Positions 25,368 through 34,329 of a stretch of DNA of 43,408 nucleotides are shown here, one piece after another. The position numbers were made by a program, and so were the translations under genes. The DNA comes from Opitutales bacterium. GTDB lineage: Bacteria; Verrucomicrobiota; Verrucomicrobiia; Opitutales; JAKPNF01. Each line of letters begins with the position of its first letter. Positions within the stretch are counted from its first letter, which is position 1. A model generated the notes under the pieces. It did no database searches. It was not told the DNA's origin and saw nothing but the letters and a program-made list of their open reading frames with translations. The stretch lies in the NCBI GenBank assembly GCA_031556275.1, contig JAVBTG010000021.1, positions 1-43,408 of the forward strand, read 5' to 3'.

Positions 25368-27488
25368 ATGCCTGCAATGATGCGATTTTTTAACTGTGTT
25401 TTTTTGCTGTTGGCGGGCGTTGTCTCTGGGACGTTGGCTGGCGAGGGCGCGGGGGCGGTTTTTTCGTTTGAGGCGAAGGATACTTTTTGTGCGGTTGAGC
25501 TGGATTGCGGGGAGTCGTTTTCTTTTAAGCTGGGGAATGGGCAGAGGCGTGTTTTTGAGTTGGTTTCGGTGGGGGCGCGCGTGCTGTATTCCAATTTGAA
25601 AACGCCCAAGCGGGCGCAGGCGGACGGGGCCCTGGTTTATGAGATGCGGGCGCGGATGCTGGCGGACGGGGAGCCTGTTGAGCTTGTGCGCTATGCTTCC
25701 ACGCAGGAGGCTTTTTATGAGCCTTGGACGGTGAACGGCGTGCGGCTGTGGTTTGACGGGGTGCGGGATGTCGGCGCATTCATGACGGAGAAGCACGGGG
25801 TGTGCTTGCCGCGCAAGCAGGCGCGCTTCGCCTTTCAGGACGCCACGATGCGTTTGTGCCCGGAGCGCGTTTTTCTGAGCTTGGAGGAGGATGCCTCGAC
25901 GCTGCCGATCGCGCGTATTCATAATGGGGACGACACATGGATGGGCGCTTTTCTCGGTGCGGACGCGCATAACGGGCTGGATGTGAATTCGCCCATTGGC
26001 GCGCCGTTGTTTGCACCGATTGCATTCGACACGCAGTTTCTTTTCGAGAGCCTCGCAAAGGGGGATGACAACAATCGCTGGCGGGCCGTTCGCACGTGGC
26101 CCGACGGGACGCGGTGGATTTGGCAGGCGCATCATCTGCTGTCCGCCTTTCCCCCCGAAGGCGCGCCCGTGCGCGGGGGCGATGTTTTTTGCGAGGCTGC
26201 GGGCATCAAATACGGCGCGCATCCGCACACGCATTTTATGTTCAGGGTCGGGACTTCGGAAGATATGGACGAAGCCGCCAACGCCGGCATTTTGGTCGAT
26301 CCGTGGATGATGTTTTGGCAGGGCTTTGAGGACAGGCGTGACGAACGGGGGGATGTGCGCGCGCGGATGAAGCCCTTGGCACCTGCGGAGGCGGGGGTGG
26401 CGGTGCGTTTTAGTTCGGCCGTCTCTAATGGCGGGAACGGGCGGGCGATTCGCAACCGTGTGTGGACGTTTGGCGACGGCGGGATTTCCCATGAGGCGGA
26501 GCCTACGCATACGTATCGCCAAAGCGGCGTTTATTTTGTGACGCTGACGGTGGACGACGGAGCACGTTTGGCGCAGACGACGCAGGCGTTGACCGTGCGG
26601 GCGAATCCCGGCTTCAAGGACGACGTGCCCGACTTTGTGTTGGAGGCTCCGCTGGAAGAGGGGTTTGAAAAATGGATGGACGGGGTGGCGGAGGTTTACG
26701 GGCAGCCGCCCGCGCGGATGCCCGCGCGTTTAAAATGGGTCGCGCGCAAGGAATCGCCTACTGTTTTGGAGCGGTGTTTGGTTGTGCGTTGGCTCGGTGC
26801 GATGACGTTGCCGATGTTGAAAACGCGCATAACCCCGATAGACGGGAATGAGAAGCAGCGGCCTCCTGATTGGCTGGAGGTGATGCAGGTCGCCTCGGAT
26901 GACGGGTTGCGGGTGCATGTGCGGCTGAAAGCGGACGCTTTGCCCGCGCCCGGGCGGTATGTGGTGCGCGTGAATGTCGAGGCCGAAGGCGCGCTCAATC
27001 CCAAGCAAAGTTTTGAAGTCGAGTTGCTGGTGCCGAATTCGCCCGCGTTCCCGCCGCGCAGCCGCCGCGTTCAGCATCCGCGCGAAAAAATAGTTTCCTG
27101 CCAAAGCCCGGTCGGGTTTTACGCAACGCCCTATTTTTGGATCGCGCCGCAGTTTCAGGGCCAGCCGGAGGGGGTGTCAAAACCCTATCGGATGAACGGG
27201 GGGCGCGCCGATCCGGACGCCTTCGCGCGGTTTGCGCCGGATTTGGAGAAAGGGCGTTATCGCGTGCGGTTCGCGTCGCCGACGCCCTTTGCCGAGCGCA
27301 CCCGATTCCAAGTGCGCGTGCGCCATGCGAACGGAATGACGACGCGTTGGGTGGAGCCTGCCAAGGATCGTCTCATCGGCGAGTTCTCGTTTGAAGAAGG
27401 GGTGGAGGGCTTTGTCGATTTGCTGGCGGATCAGGCCGAGGGGCAGGTGATTGCGGATGCCTTGGTTTTTGAGCGGTTGTCGCCGTGA
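25368..27488 (+). CDS. secreted M23 (LytM)-like peptidase domain + PKD domain protein with a large uncharacterised C-terminal region
   Basis: The start at ATG 25368 is preceded by GGAGGGAGGG. The signal peptide is MPAMMRFFNCVFLLLAGVVSGTLAG. M23-type metal motifs are AH-NGL-D...GAPLFAP and GAHPHTHFMF (HxxxD, HxH). The PKD signature is VWTFGDGGISHEAEPTHTYRQSGVYFVTLTVDDG. The last ~280 aa match no family I recognise. Confidence 0.7.
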   Translation: MPAMMRFFNCVFLLLAGVVSGTLAGEGAGAVFSFEAKDTFCAVELDCGESFSFKLGNGQRRVFELVSVGARVLYSNLKTPKRAQADGALVYEMRARMLADGEPVELVRYASTQEAFYEPWTVNGVRLWFDGVRDVGAFMTEKHGVCLPRKQARFAFQDATMRLCPERVFLSLEEDASTLPIARIHNGDDTWMGAFLGADAHNGLDVNSPIGAPLFAPIAFDTQFLFESLAKGDDNNRWRAVRTWPDGTRWIWQAHHLLSAFPPEGAPVRGGDVFCEAAGIKYGAHPHTHFMFRVGTSEDMDEAANAGILVDPWMMFWQGFEDRRDERGDVRARMKPLAPAEAGVAVRFSSAVSNGGNGRAIRNRVWTFGDGGISHEAEPTHTYRQSGVYFVTLTVDDGARLAQTTQALTVRANPGFKDDVPDFVLEAPLEEGFEKWMDGVAEVYGQPPARMPARLKWVARKESPTVLERCLVVRWLGAMTLPMLKTRITPIDGNEKQRPPDWLEVMQVASDDGLRVHVRLKADALPAPGRYVVRVNVEAEGALNPKQSFEVELLVPNSPAFPPRSRRVQHPREKIVSCQSPVGFYATPYFWIAPQFQGQPEGVSKPYRMNGGRADPDAFARFAPDLEKGRYRVRFASPTPFAERTRFQVRVRHANGMTTRWVEPAKDRLIGEFSFEEGVEGFVDLLADQAEGQVIADALVFERLSP

Positions 27489-27497
27489 GACGGACAC

Positions 27498-27533
27498 AAA
27501 AAAGGCGCTTCCTTTTTTGGAAGCGCTTTTTTT
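27498..27533. terminator. bidirectional rho-independent terminator
   Basis: aaaaaa-GGCGCTTCC-tttttt-GGAAGCGC-ttttttt. It is a sequence relative of the 23208 and 24985 hairpins. Confidence 0.85.
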
Positions 27534-27548
27534 GTAGAGGGGATTTTT

Positions 27549-28370
27549 TTAGTGCGTGATATGTTCGGCGTCGAGGTCGGATGCCTTGCCTTTGAAGGAC
27601 GGGGGGCGTTTTTCGAGGAAGGAGAGGATGCCTTCTTTGTAGTCCGCGCTGTCGTAGACGCTGCGGCGCCAGCCTTGGATGTTTTCGAACATTTCGGGGC
27701 TGAGAAGGGAGCTTTCCTTCGTCAGGACGCGGAACTGGCGTTTGATGCAGGAGATCGCGAGGATCGAGTTTTTGCGGATGGGGGCTAGGATGCGTTCCTC
27801 GAGCACCTGCTCCAGCTGGTCGGCCTGGGCGGTGTGGTTGACCAGACCGAGGTTGAACGCCTCCTTGGCCGTCATGGGGGCCGCCGTGAAGAACATTTCG
27901 CGCGCGCGGTTGATGCCCATCGCGTTGATGAAATGGGTGATCCCCGAAACGTTGTAGGGGATGCCGAGTTTGGCGGGGGTGATGGCGAAGGTCGAGTCGT
28001 CGGCCGACACAATCATGTCGCACGAGACGCAGAAGTCGCACGCGCCTCCCCATACTGTCCCCTCGACGAGGGCGATGACGGGGACGACCGCGTCCTCGAC
28101 CGCGCGCAACAGGTGCTCCATGGCCGTGCTGTAGGAGAGCGGGTCGCGCTTTTCGAGCGGCAGCTCCTTCACGTCGTGGCCCGCGCTCCAGACTTTGACG
28201 CCTTTTTTGGCGCGGATGACGATGGCGTGGCACTCGGGCTCCTTGCGGGCCAGCTTGATGGCGTCGATGATGTCGGTGCAGAATTCCTTGCTCAGGCAGT
28301 TGAGACGACGGTCGTGGTTCATCTCAATGAAGGCGATTTTGTCTTTAAAGGAGTAGGTGGCTAGGTTCAT
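27549..28370 (-). CDS. scpB: enoyl-CoA hydratase/isomerase superfamily protein, methylmalonyl-CoA decarboxylase (ScpB/YgfG)-like
   Basis: 273 aa, collinear as I recall it with E. coli YgfG: ..IAFIEMNHDRRLNCLSK..VWSAGHDVKELP..KRDPLSYS..ALVEGTVWGGACDF..TPAKLGIPYN..QGWRRSVYDSADYKEGILSFLEKRPPSF. The superfamily call is certain. The specific activity is inferred. Confidence 0.7.
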   Translation of the reverse strand: MNLATYSFKDKIAFIEMNHDRRLNCLSKEFCTDIIDAIKLARKEPECHAIVIRAKKGVKVWSAGHDVKELPLEKRDPLSYSTAMEHLLRAVEDAVVPVIALVEGTVWGGACDFCVSCDMIVSADDSTFAITPAKLGIPYNVSGITHFINAMGINRAREMFFTAAPMTAKEAFNLGLVNHTAQADQLEQVLEERILAPIRKNSILAISCIKRQFRVLTKESSLLSPEMFENIQGWRRSVYDSADYKEGILSFLEKRPPSFKGKASDLDAEHITH

Positions 28371-28426
28371 TTTTTTAATGGCGGCTCGTAGGGAACGTCG
28401 GGCGTTTTTGACCCGGCAAGAGTGCG

Positions 28427-28455
28427 AGTTTATCTCTTTCGCGCCTAGCTGTCAA
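28427..28455 (-). promoter_or_regulatory. sigma-70-type promoter (TTGACA-17-TAAACT) upstream of the scpB-like gene
   Basis: The minus strand reads TTGACAgctaggcgcgaaagagaTAAACT. The -10 hexamer ends about 55 nt upstream of the ATG at 28370. Confidence 0.45.
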
Positions 28456-28489
28456 ATTTTCGGGGATTCTAGGCGTGTGATGGTGTACC

Positions 28490-30151
28490 TTACACCTTGG
28501 CGAGCAGTTCTTTGGCGTGGGCGAGGGCGGATTTGGAGGCGCGGTCGCCCAGCATGCGGGCCAGCTCGGCCTCGCGGGCCTTTTTGGACGGGTGTATTGA
28601 TGTTATGGATACGCTGGTCGAGCCCTCGCCGGATGTCTTCTCGACGAGCAGGTGGTTTTTTCCGCGCGCCGCCACCTGCGGCAGGTGGGTGACGCAGAGC
28701 ACTTGGTGGCGGGCGGAGAGGTTTTCCAGCTGGCGGCCGACGTCCGCGCCGATCTCGCCGCCGACATTGGCGTCGACCTCGTCGAAGACGAGCAGGGGTG
28801 TGCCGTCGATGTCGGCGAGGGCAGTTTTGAGGGACAGCATCACGCGGGCCGTCTCGCCGCCGGAGGCGATTTTGCGCAGGGGGAGGGGCGGCGTGCCCGG
28901 GTTGGGCGAAAAGAGGATTTCCACGCGCGAGTCGCCGAAGGGGCCGATGGTGTCCAGCGGCAACACCTCGATCGAAAGCCCCGCCTTTTTGAAGCCGAGC
29001 GATGTCAGGCGTTTTTGCGCTTCGGCGGCGAGGGTTTTGGCCGCTTTCTTGCGGGCCAGCGTGATGGCGGCGGCGGATTGGGCGAGGGCCGCTTTCATAT
29101 CCGCTTCATCGGCGGTCATTTTTTCAAAAATACCTTCGAGGTCGCCTTGCAGGGCGATTTTTTGGGCCCATTCGTCGCGCTTTTTTAAGACGGCCTCGGG
29201 GGTGTTGCCGTATTTGCGGCGCAACTCGAGCCACGCGGCCATGCGGGATTGGACGGATTGGGCCGTCTCCTCGTCGATGTCGCCCTCTTGCGCCAGACGG
29301 GAAAACTCCTGCGCCAGATCGCCCGTTTCGACGCTGAGAACTTCGAGGCGGTCGAGGAGCGATTGCGCCGTCGGGTCAATGCGGGAGAGTTCTTGGGCGG
29401 CGCGCAAAAGCGGGGGCAGGGCGTCGGCCATGCCGCCGTCCCCGTTCAGGCCGTCCGCTATTTTGGCGGAGAGCGCGGTGAGGTCTTGCGCGCGGGAGAG
29501 CCGCGTGAAATCGCGCTCCAGTTGGAGGATGGATTCGGGGTCAGGGTCGAGCGCGTCGATTTTTTCGATTTGGGAGCGGTAAAAGGATATCTCGTCCTCC
29601 GAGAGCTTTCCCGTGAGTGAGCGGGCTTCTTCCATTGCGCGCAAGAGCGCGCGCCATACCTCGTATGCCGCGTGATAGTCGGAGAGGTCGATGCGGCCAA
29701 AAGCGTCGAGCATCTCGAGCTGGACTGCCTCTTTAAAAAGTTTTTGCGGCTCGCCTGGGCCGTGGAAATCCACCCAGCGTTCGCCCAGTTCTTGCAGCGC
29801 GGTGAGGGTCGCCATCGCGCCGTTGATTTGCACGCGCGGGGCCTTTGTGTGCGAAAGGCTGCGGCGCAGTACCAGCACCCCGTCTTCGCAGGCGGGCAGG
29901 CCGAGTGTGGCGAGCAGGGCGTTTACGGAGGTTGGGTCTTTGAAATGCAACACGCCCTCGACTTCGCAGCGGTCGGCCCCTTGGCGGATAATCGTCTTTT
30001 CGGCGCGATTGCCCGCCAGCAGACTCAGAGCCCCCAGCAGCACGCTTTTGCCCGCGCCCGTTTCCCCCGTGACGGCGGTGAAGCCGTCGGAGAATTCCAG
30101 CTCGATTTTGTCGAGCAGGGCCAAATCGGCGATGCGCAGGTATTCGAGCAT
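28490..30151 (-). CDS. recN: DNA repair protein RecN
   Basis: 553 aa with MLEYLRIADLALLDKIELEFSDGFTAVTGETGAGKSVLLGALSLLAG (Walker A), a long coiled-coil middle, and ASGGETARVMLSLK...LLVFDEVDANVGG (signature and Walker B). Confidence 0.95.
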   Translation of the reverse strand: MLEYLRIADLALLDKIELEFSDGFTAVTGETGAGKSVLLGALSLLAGNRAEKTIIRQGADRCEVEGVLHFKDPTSVNALLATLGLPACEDGVLVLRRSLSHTKAPRVQINGAMATLTALQELGERWVDFHGPGEPQKLFKEAVQLEMLDAFGRIDLSDYHAAYEVWRALLRAMEEARSLTGKLSEDEISFYRSQIEKIDALDPDPESILQLERDFTRLSRAQDLTALSAKIADGLNGDGGMADALPPLLRAAQELSRIDPTAQSLLDRLEVLSVETGDLAQEFSRLAQEGDIDEETAQSVQSRMAAWLELRRKYGNTPEAVLKKRDEWAQKIALQGDLEGIFEKMTADEADMKAALAQSAAAITLARKKAAKTLAAEAQKRLTSLGFKKAGLSIEVLPLDTIGPFGDSRVEILFSPNPGTPPLPLRKIASGGETARVMLSLKTALADIDGTPLLVFDEVDANVGGEIGADVGRQLENLSARHQVLCVTHLPQVAARGKNHLLVEKTSGEGSTSVSITSIHPSKKAREAELARMLGDRASKSALAHAKELLAKV

Positions 30152-30317
30152 GGTTGCGGGCGGGTTTAGGAAAGTATAAATGGTTTTGGTTTGGGAAGGG
30201 AAGGCCGTAGAATCGCTTTTTTGAAAAACGGCGAAAAGGCGGAAAAGTTAGGGTGGACAAGAGGGCTGTTCGGAGTAGACTACGGACGGCCTTTATAACC
30301 GAAACCTTCATATCGCC

Positions 30318-31604
30318 ATGAAATATCTTGCTTACTTTTTTGCGGGCGCGCTGCTTTTGATAGGTTGCTTGCGGGGTGCGCAATCCGGTACTGCTTCGAA
30401 TACCCTAGGTTATTTTGGCTCAGGGAATCCGAGCGTGGAAATAACGCTGCCCATTGTTTCTCAGGGGGATGGCAGAACCGTCAGCATGGGCATGTATCCC
30501 GGTTCTTGGCGGCGCGTGGATGGCGAGGAACCGCCTGACGGTGAAGGCACGCTTCCCAACGGAAAATGGCGTTTCGTGCAGGAGGGCGGTCTTACCAAAT
30601 ATGAATTTTCCTGCACGAATGAAAGTTTTGAGTTTGTAAGCTATTACCCAACCGGCGCAAGGGAGGCTGTCGAGACCGGGGTTTTGGTGATGAAAGACGG
30701 CAACTGGCGTAAGGAAAATCGAACCCTTGTCGAATATGAACTCGACGGAACTGTCCTTGAGCAATTTGACCCGAAAACCAATCCGAGGGCGTTTCAACAG
30801 CAGTTATCGGCGGGACGCTACCTTTTTCAAAAGAACGGCATCGAAATGAGTTATGTGTTTGAAACGATGCGTGGCACTGGCGGGTTTTTCCGCTATCGCG
30901 CTTTCGTATTTCCCAAAAGAAATCCGGGAGAGCTTGTGGGATATGCGCAGGTGAAGGGCGTTTTGGACTGGCAAACGCTAAAGGTGGACAAGCTCGAACA
31001 CCTTGACGACGGCGGTTATGAATTGAAGGTCGTTGAAATCCCAGACGAAGAAAAAATAGAGGTTGTCTTGCTGTCCAAAGACGATCCCGCCGTGCGCGGC
31101 AAATTCCCCTCGATGTATTTTCCCGTCGGAAAAACACAAGAAGAGGCTAGGCGGTCGCTGGCGGAGAAGATCGCGGACAATATCGGCTCCCTTGAACTGC
31201 GGCCCGAAATCGTGCAAGCATGCAACGCCTTTATCGAGGCCTTGAACCGGCGTGACGAAAGCGCCTTGCGCGCGATTATGTGGGGCGGTGACGGTTTTAT
31301 GGAAACGGATCAGGCGGTGGAATCGTTGTTGCGCCCAGTGTACGCGGGGGCGCCTGCCGTCATTTGGGTCGCGTTTTTTTACGCTTTGAACATTGATTCG
31401 TCGGAACGCGATACTTATGTCTTGCGATACGCCGTTTCATCCAACGAATTTTCATCCGGCGGCATTATCGGCACCGGCTCGCGTTTTGAAAAAGAGGTCG
31501 TCCTGAAAAAAATAAAGGGACAATGGCGGTTTTTGGTTGAGAAGACCCCGCGTTCGAAAGGCAGAACGACGCAAGGGGGCGTGACGACAGTATCAAAGCC
31601 TTAG
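30318..31604 (+). CDS. hypothetical lipoprotein (C-terminal NTF2/SnoaL-like segment)
   Basis: 428 aa with the lipobox-like N-terminus MKYLAYFFAGALLLIGC. The C-terminal VQACNAFIEALNRRDESALRAIMW pattern is NTF2-like. No further family is recognised. Confidence 0.6.
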   Translation: MKYLAYFFAGALLLIGCLRGAQSGTASNTLGYFGSGNPSVEITLPIVSQGDGRTVSMGMYPGSWRRVDGEEPPDGEGTLPNGKWRFVQEGGLTKYEFSCTNESFEFVSYYPTGAREAVETGVLVMKDGNWRKENRTLVEYELDGTVLEQFDPKTNPRAFQQQLSAGRYLFQKNGIEMSYVFETMRGTGGFFRYRAFVFPKRNPGELVGYAQVKGVLDWQTLKVDKLEHLDDGGYELKVVEIPDEEKIEVVLLSKDDPAVRGKFPSMYFPVGKTQEEARRSLAEKIADNIGSLELRPEIVQACNAFIEALNRRDESALRAIMWGGDGFMETDQAVESLLRPVYAGAPAVIWVAFFYALNIDSSERDTYVLRYAVSSNEFSSGGIIGTGSRFEKEVVLKKIKGQWRFLVEKTPRSKGRTTQGGVTTVSKP

Positions 31605-31667
31605 TAACCCTCAGTTGTGTGTTTTCGATTCCCATTTTGCGGCAAAGCGTGCAGAATATAGGGCTTC

Positions 31668-33080
31668 ATGGCGAAGCCTTCTCATAACCACTACGATACC
31701 GTTGTCATCGGGGCAGGAATGTCCGGGTTGGCCGCGGGGATTCGGCTGGCGTTGGCGGGGAAGAAGGTCGTGATCCTTGAGCAGCATAACGCGCCGGGGG
31801 GGCTGAACGGGTTTTACGCGATCAACGGGCGCAAGTTCGACGTGGGGTTGCATGCCCTGACGAATTTTACGGGGCCGGACGCGAAGGGTACCCCTTTGGC
31901 CAAGCTGTTGCGGCAGTTGCGCATTTCCCGAGAGGAGTTGAAGATGCGCCCGCAGAAGGGCTCGCGGGTGAGTTTTTTGGAAAAGACGCTGCGTTTTGGC
32001 AATGATATTGCGATTTTGGAGGCGGAAGTGGCGCGGGCGTTTCCCAAGCGCGTTGACGCGTTTCGGAAGTTGCACACCGACCTCATGGCGTGGGACGATG
32101 GCGATTTGAGCCGCGCAGAAAGCCCCGCGCGCGCGGCTGTTGAAGAACGCCTCGGTGACACGATGCTGGCCGACATGCTGCTGTGCCCTATCTTTTACTA
32201 CGGCAGTGCGCGCGAGCAGAATATCGATTTCACGCAGTTGGCGACGCTGTGGAAGGCCCTTTATGTGGAGGGGTTCTCGCGGCCGCCGGAGGGGGTGCGC
32301 ACTATTATCCGCGCCCTGCTCGACAAGTACAGGGCGTTGGGCGGCGAGCGGCGCATGCGCTGCAAGGTCGCGCGGCTGGACTGCGCGGGCGGGAAAGTGC
32401 GCGCGGTCGAATTGGAGGACGGGACGGTGCTGACCGCCGACAATGTGCTTTCTTCGGCGGGATTGCCCGAGACGCTGGGGCTGTGCGGGCGCGTGCCGCC
32501 CGAGCGGACGTTGAGCCGGTTGTCCTATATGGAGACGATCAGCGTGTTGCGCCACCACCCCGCCGAACTGGGGTGGGATGACACGATTGTGTTTTTTAAC
32601 CATGCCGAACGGTTTGCCTATCGCCGACCCGAAGGGTTGGTGGACGAGGCCAGCGGTGTCATTTGTTTCCCCAATAATTACCGCTATGAGGCGGGCGATG
32701 AGGCGCCGACGGAGGGGCTGTTGCGGGTGACCTCGCTCGCCAATTATGAGGGATGGAAGGCGTTGGGCGAGGCAAGCTATTTGGAGGCAAAGAGTGCGGC
32801 GTTTATGCGCATTCAGCATGCGGCCGCAGGGTTTTTGGGCGAGGGGGCCATGCAAAAAATCGCGGCGAACACGGTGGCGACGGACATGTTTACGCCGCTG
32901 ACCGTCGAGCGGTTTACCGGGCATAAGGGCGGCGCCGTTTATGGCTCGCCCGTAAAGGCGCGCGACGGGCGCACGGAATTTGAAAACCTGTATCTGTGCG
33001 GCACGGATCAGGGGTATTTGGGGATCGTGGGGGCGCTGCTCTCGGGGATCTCGATAGCGAACAGCTATCTCGTCCGCTAA
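31668..33080 (+). CDS. FAD/NAD(P)-binding oxidoreductase, phytoene desaturase (CrtI)-like family
   Basis: 470 aa with the N-terminal dinucleotide fold YDTVVIGAGMSGLAAGIRLALAGKKVVILEQHNAPGG and the C-terminal GTDQGYLGIVGALLSG. The substrate is unknown. Confidence 0.75.
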   Translation: MAKPSHNHYDTVVIGAGMSGLAAGIRLALAGKKVVILEQHNAPGGLNGFYAINGRKFDVGLHALTNFTGPDAKGTPLAKLLRQLRISREELKMRPQKGSRVSFLEKTLRFGNDIAILEAEVARAFPKRVDAFRKLHTDLMAWDDGDLSRAESPARAAVEERLGDTMLADMLLCPIFYYGSAREQNIDFTQLATLWKALYVEGFSRPPEGVRTIIRALLDKYRALGGERRMRCKVARLDCAGGKVRAVELEDGTVLTADNVLSSAGLPETLGLCGRVPPERTLSRLSYMETISVLRHHPAELGWDDTIVFFNHAERFAYRRPEGLVDEASGVICFPNNYRYEAGDEAPTEGLLRVTSLANYEGWKALGEASYLEAKSAAFMRIQHAAAGFLGEGAMQKIAANTVATDMFTPLTVERFTGHKGGAVYGSPVKARDGRTEFENLYLCGTDQGYLGIVGALLSGISIANSYLVR

Positions 33081-34087
33081 ATATCGTCTTCGGGATAGCG
33101 CAGGCCGATTTTTGCGCGCCATGCGTCCAAGGCGGCGACGTTGCCGAGGGAATCTTCGGGCGTCATTTCGGGCAGCTCGATTTTCCCCGCTTCCACGCAG
33201 CGGGCCATTTGGGCGATCAGGTCGGCGAAACGGTCGGGCTGCGCAGAGTCAAAAATTTGCGCGTGTTGTTCTTTTCCTTTGATAAGGCGCATGATGCTTT
33301 TTTCCTGCCAAGGTTCCTCTATCTCGATGCGGCCCGTGCTGCCGACGACGGACAGTTTTGCCGTGTATTGGGCGTGGACGCCGCAGGCGATGGAGGCGCT
33401 CATCCCGCAGGGGAAGCGCAACAGCGCGCCGGTGTGTTCGTCGATCCCGTTGGGGACGAAGCGCGCGTGGGCCGCGAGTATTTCGGGCTCGGAAAAGGGT
33501 TTGTCTTCGGCCACGCCCGCGACCATCCGCGCCATCGACAGGGTGTAGCAGCCCAGATCGAGCATCGCGCCGCCGCCGAGGTTTTTTTCCGTCAGGCGCG
33601 CGGGGGCGTTTTCGTTTTGGGCGAAAAAGGCGCATTCCAGATGCACGGGTTGGCCGATCGCGCCCGATTGCAGAAGCTCGCGCAGTTGGCGCGTGCGGGG
33701 GCAGGCGCGGTAGGTGAAGGCTTCTGTCAGTAACACGTTGTTCTCTCTCGCCGCGCGGGCCATTTGCTCGGCCTGCGACAGGTTCATCGCGAGCGTTTTT
33801 TCGCACAAAATCTGTTTGCCCGCCGCCGCCGCTTTCAGGGCGGTTTCATAGTGGGCGGGGTGGGGGTTCGCGATATAGACCGCCTCCACGAGCGGGTCGG
33901 CCAGCATGGCTCCCAGTGTGTCGTAGGCGGCGGGGATGTCGAACTCGCGGGCAAACGCTTTGGCCTTTGCGATGTCGCGGCTGAATACGGCCTGCATGCG
34001 GGCCATGCCCTGCGTTTGCTTCGGGTTTAAAATCTTGGCCACGCGGCGGGCGATGTGTCCGGTCGATACGATTCCCCAATTGAGCAT
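33077..34087 (-). CDS. Gfo/Idh/MocA family oxidoreductase
   Basis: 336 aa with MLNWGIVSTGHIARR (Rossmann), AVYIANPHPAHYETALKAAAAGKQILCEKTLA (the EKP-type motif), and a C-terminal alpha/beta domain. It converges on the previous gene with a 4-nt overlap. Confidence 0.85.
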   Translation of the reverse strand: MLNWGIVSTGHIARRVAKILNPKQTQGMARMQAVFSRDIAKAKAFAREFDIPAAYDTLGAMLADPLVEAVYIANPHPAHYETALKAAAAGKQILCEKTLAMNLSQAEQMARAARENNVLLTEAFTYRACPRTRQLRELLQSGAIGQPVHLECAFFAQNENAPARLTEKNLGGGAMLDLGCYTLSMARMVAGVAEDKPFSEPEILAAHARFVPNGIDEHTGALLRFPCGMSASIACGVHAQYTAKLSVVGSTGRIEIEEPWQEKSIMRLIKGKEQHAQIFDSAQPDRFADLIAQMARCVEAGKIELPEMTPEDSLGNVAALDAWRAKIGLRYPEDDI

Positions 34088-34192
34088 CTCTTATCTCTAA
34101 GGGCAGGGGCGCTTGCGGGGCAAGGTTCTTCCGCTTCCGAGAAAAAGCATTGACCGCGTGGGCGCGTTTTGCCAAGATAGAATCTTTCACAC

Positions 34193-34268
34193 GGGGCCGT
34201 AGCTCAATTGGGAGAGCGCCACAATGGCATTGTGGAGGTCGTCGGTTCGATCCCGATCGGCTCCACCA
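34193..34268 (+). tRNA. tRNA-Ala (anticodon GGC), CCA encoded
   Basis: Hand-folded cloverleaf: acceptor GGGGCCG/CGGCTCC with the G3:U70 alanine identity pair, D arm GCTC-aattggga-GAGC, anticodon arm CCACA-atGGCat-TGTGG, T arm GTCGG-ttcgatc-CCGAT, then ACCA. Confidence 0.93.
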
Positions 34269-34294
34269 TTTTCAAAAAATGGTGAAGGTGTGTG

Positions 34295-34326
34295 AAAAGG
34301 AATCCCTGAAGAAGGGATTTTTTTGT
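34295..34326. terminator. bidirectional rho-independent terminator
   Basis: aaaagg-AATCCCT-gaaga-AGGGATT-tttttt lies between the tRNA and the convergent 983-aa gene. Confidence 0.7.
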
Positions 34327-34329
34327 GCC

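Noticed and set aside
25227-26522. 431-aa minus-strand ORF (plus 25208..25609 and others) opposite the M23/PKD gene.
   Set aside because: It is R/P/H-rich with no motifs, while the plus strand carries clear M23 and PKD signatures.
30202-30217. AGGCCGTAGAATCGCT as another sigma-54-like element upstream of the lipoprotein gene.
   Set aside because: Only the GG/GC dinucleotides fit. The flanking T of TGGC and the TT of TTGC are missing, and it lies about 100 nt from the ATG. This is compatible with chance in GC-rich DNA.
30152-30317. An SOS (LexA) operator upstream of recN.
   Set aside because: I found only an isolated GAACA/TGTTC half-site (around 30266..30270) and no paired half-site at a plausible spacing. 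This cannot be supported from sequence alone.
34150-34183. A sigma-70 promoter for tRNA-Ala (TTGACC ... TAGAAT).
   Set aside because: The two good hexamers are 22 nt apart, too far for a standard promoter. The 18-nt alternative (AAGATA) is weak. I did not report it as a feature.
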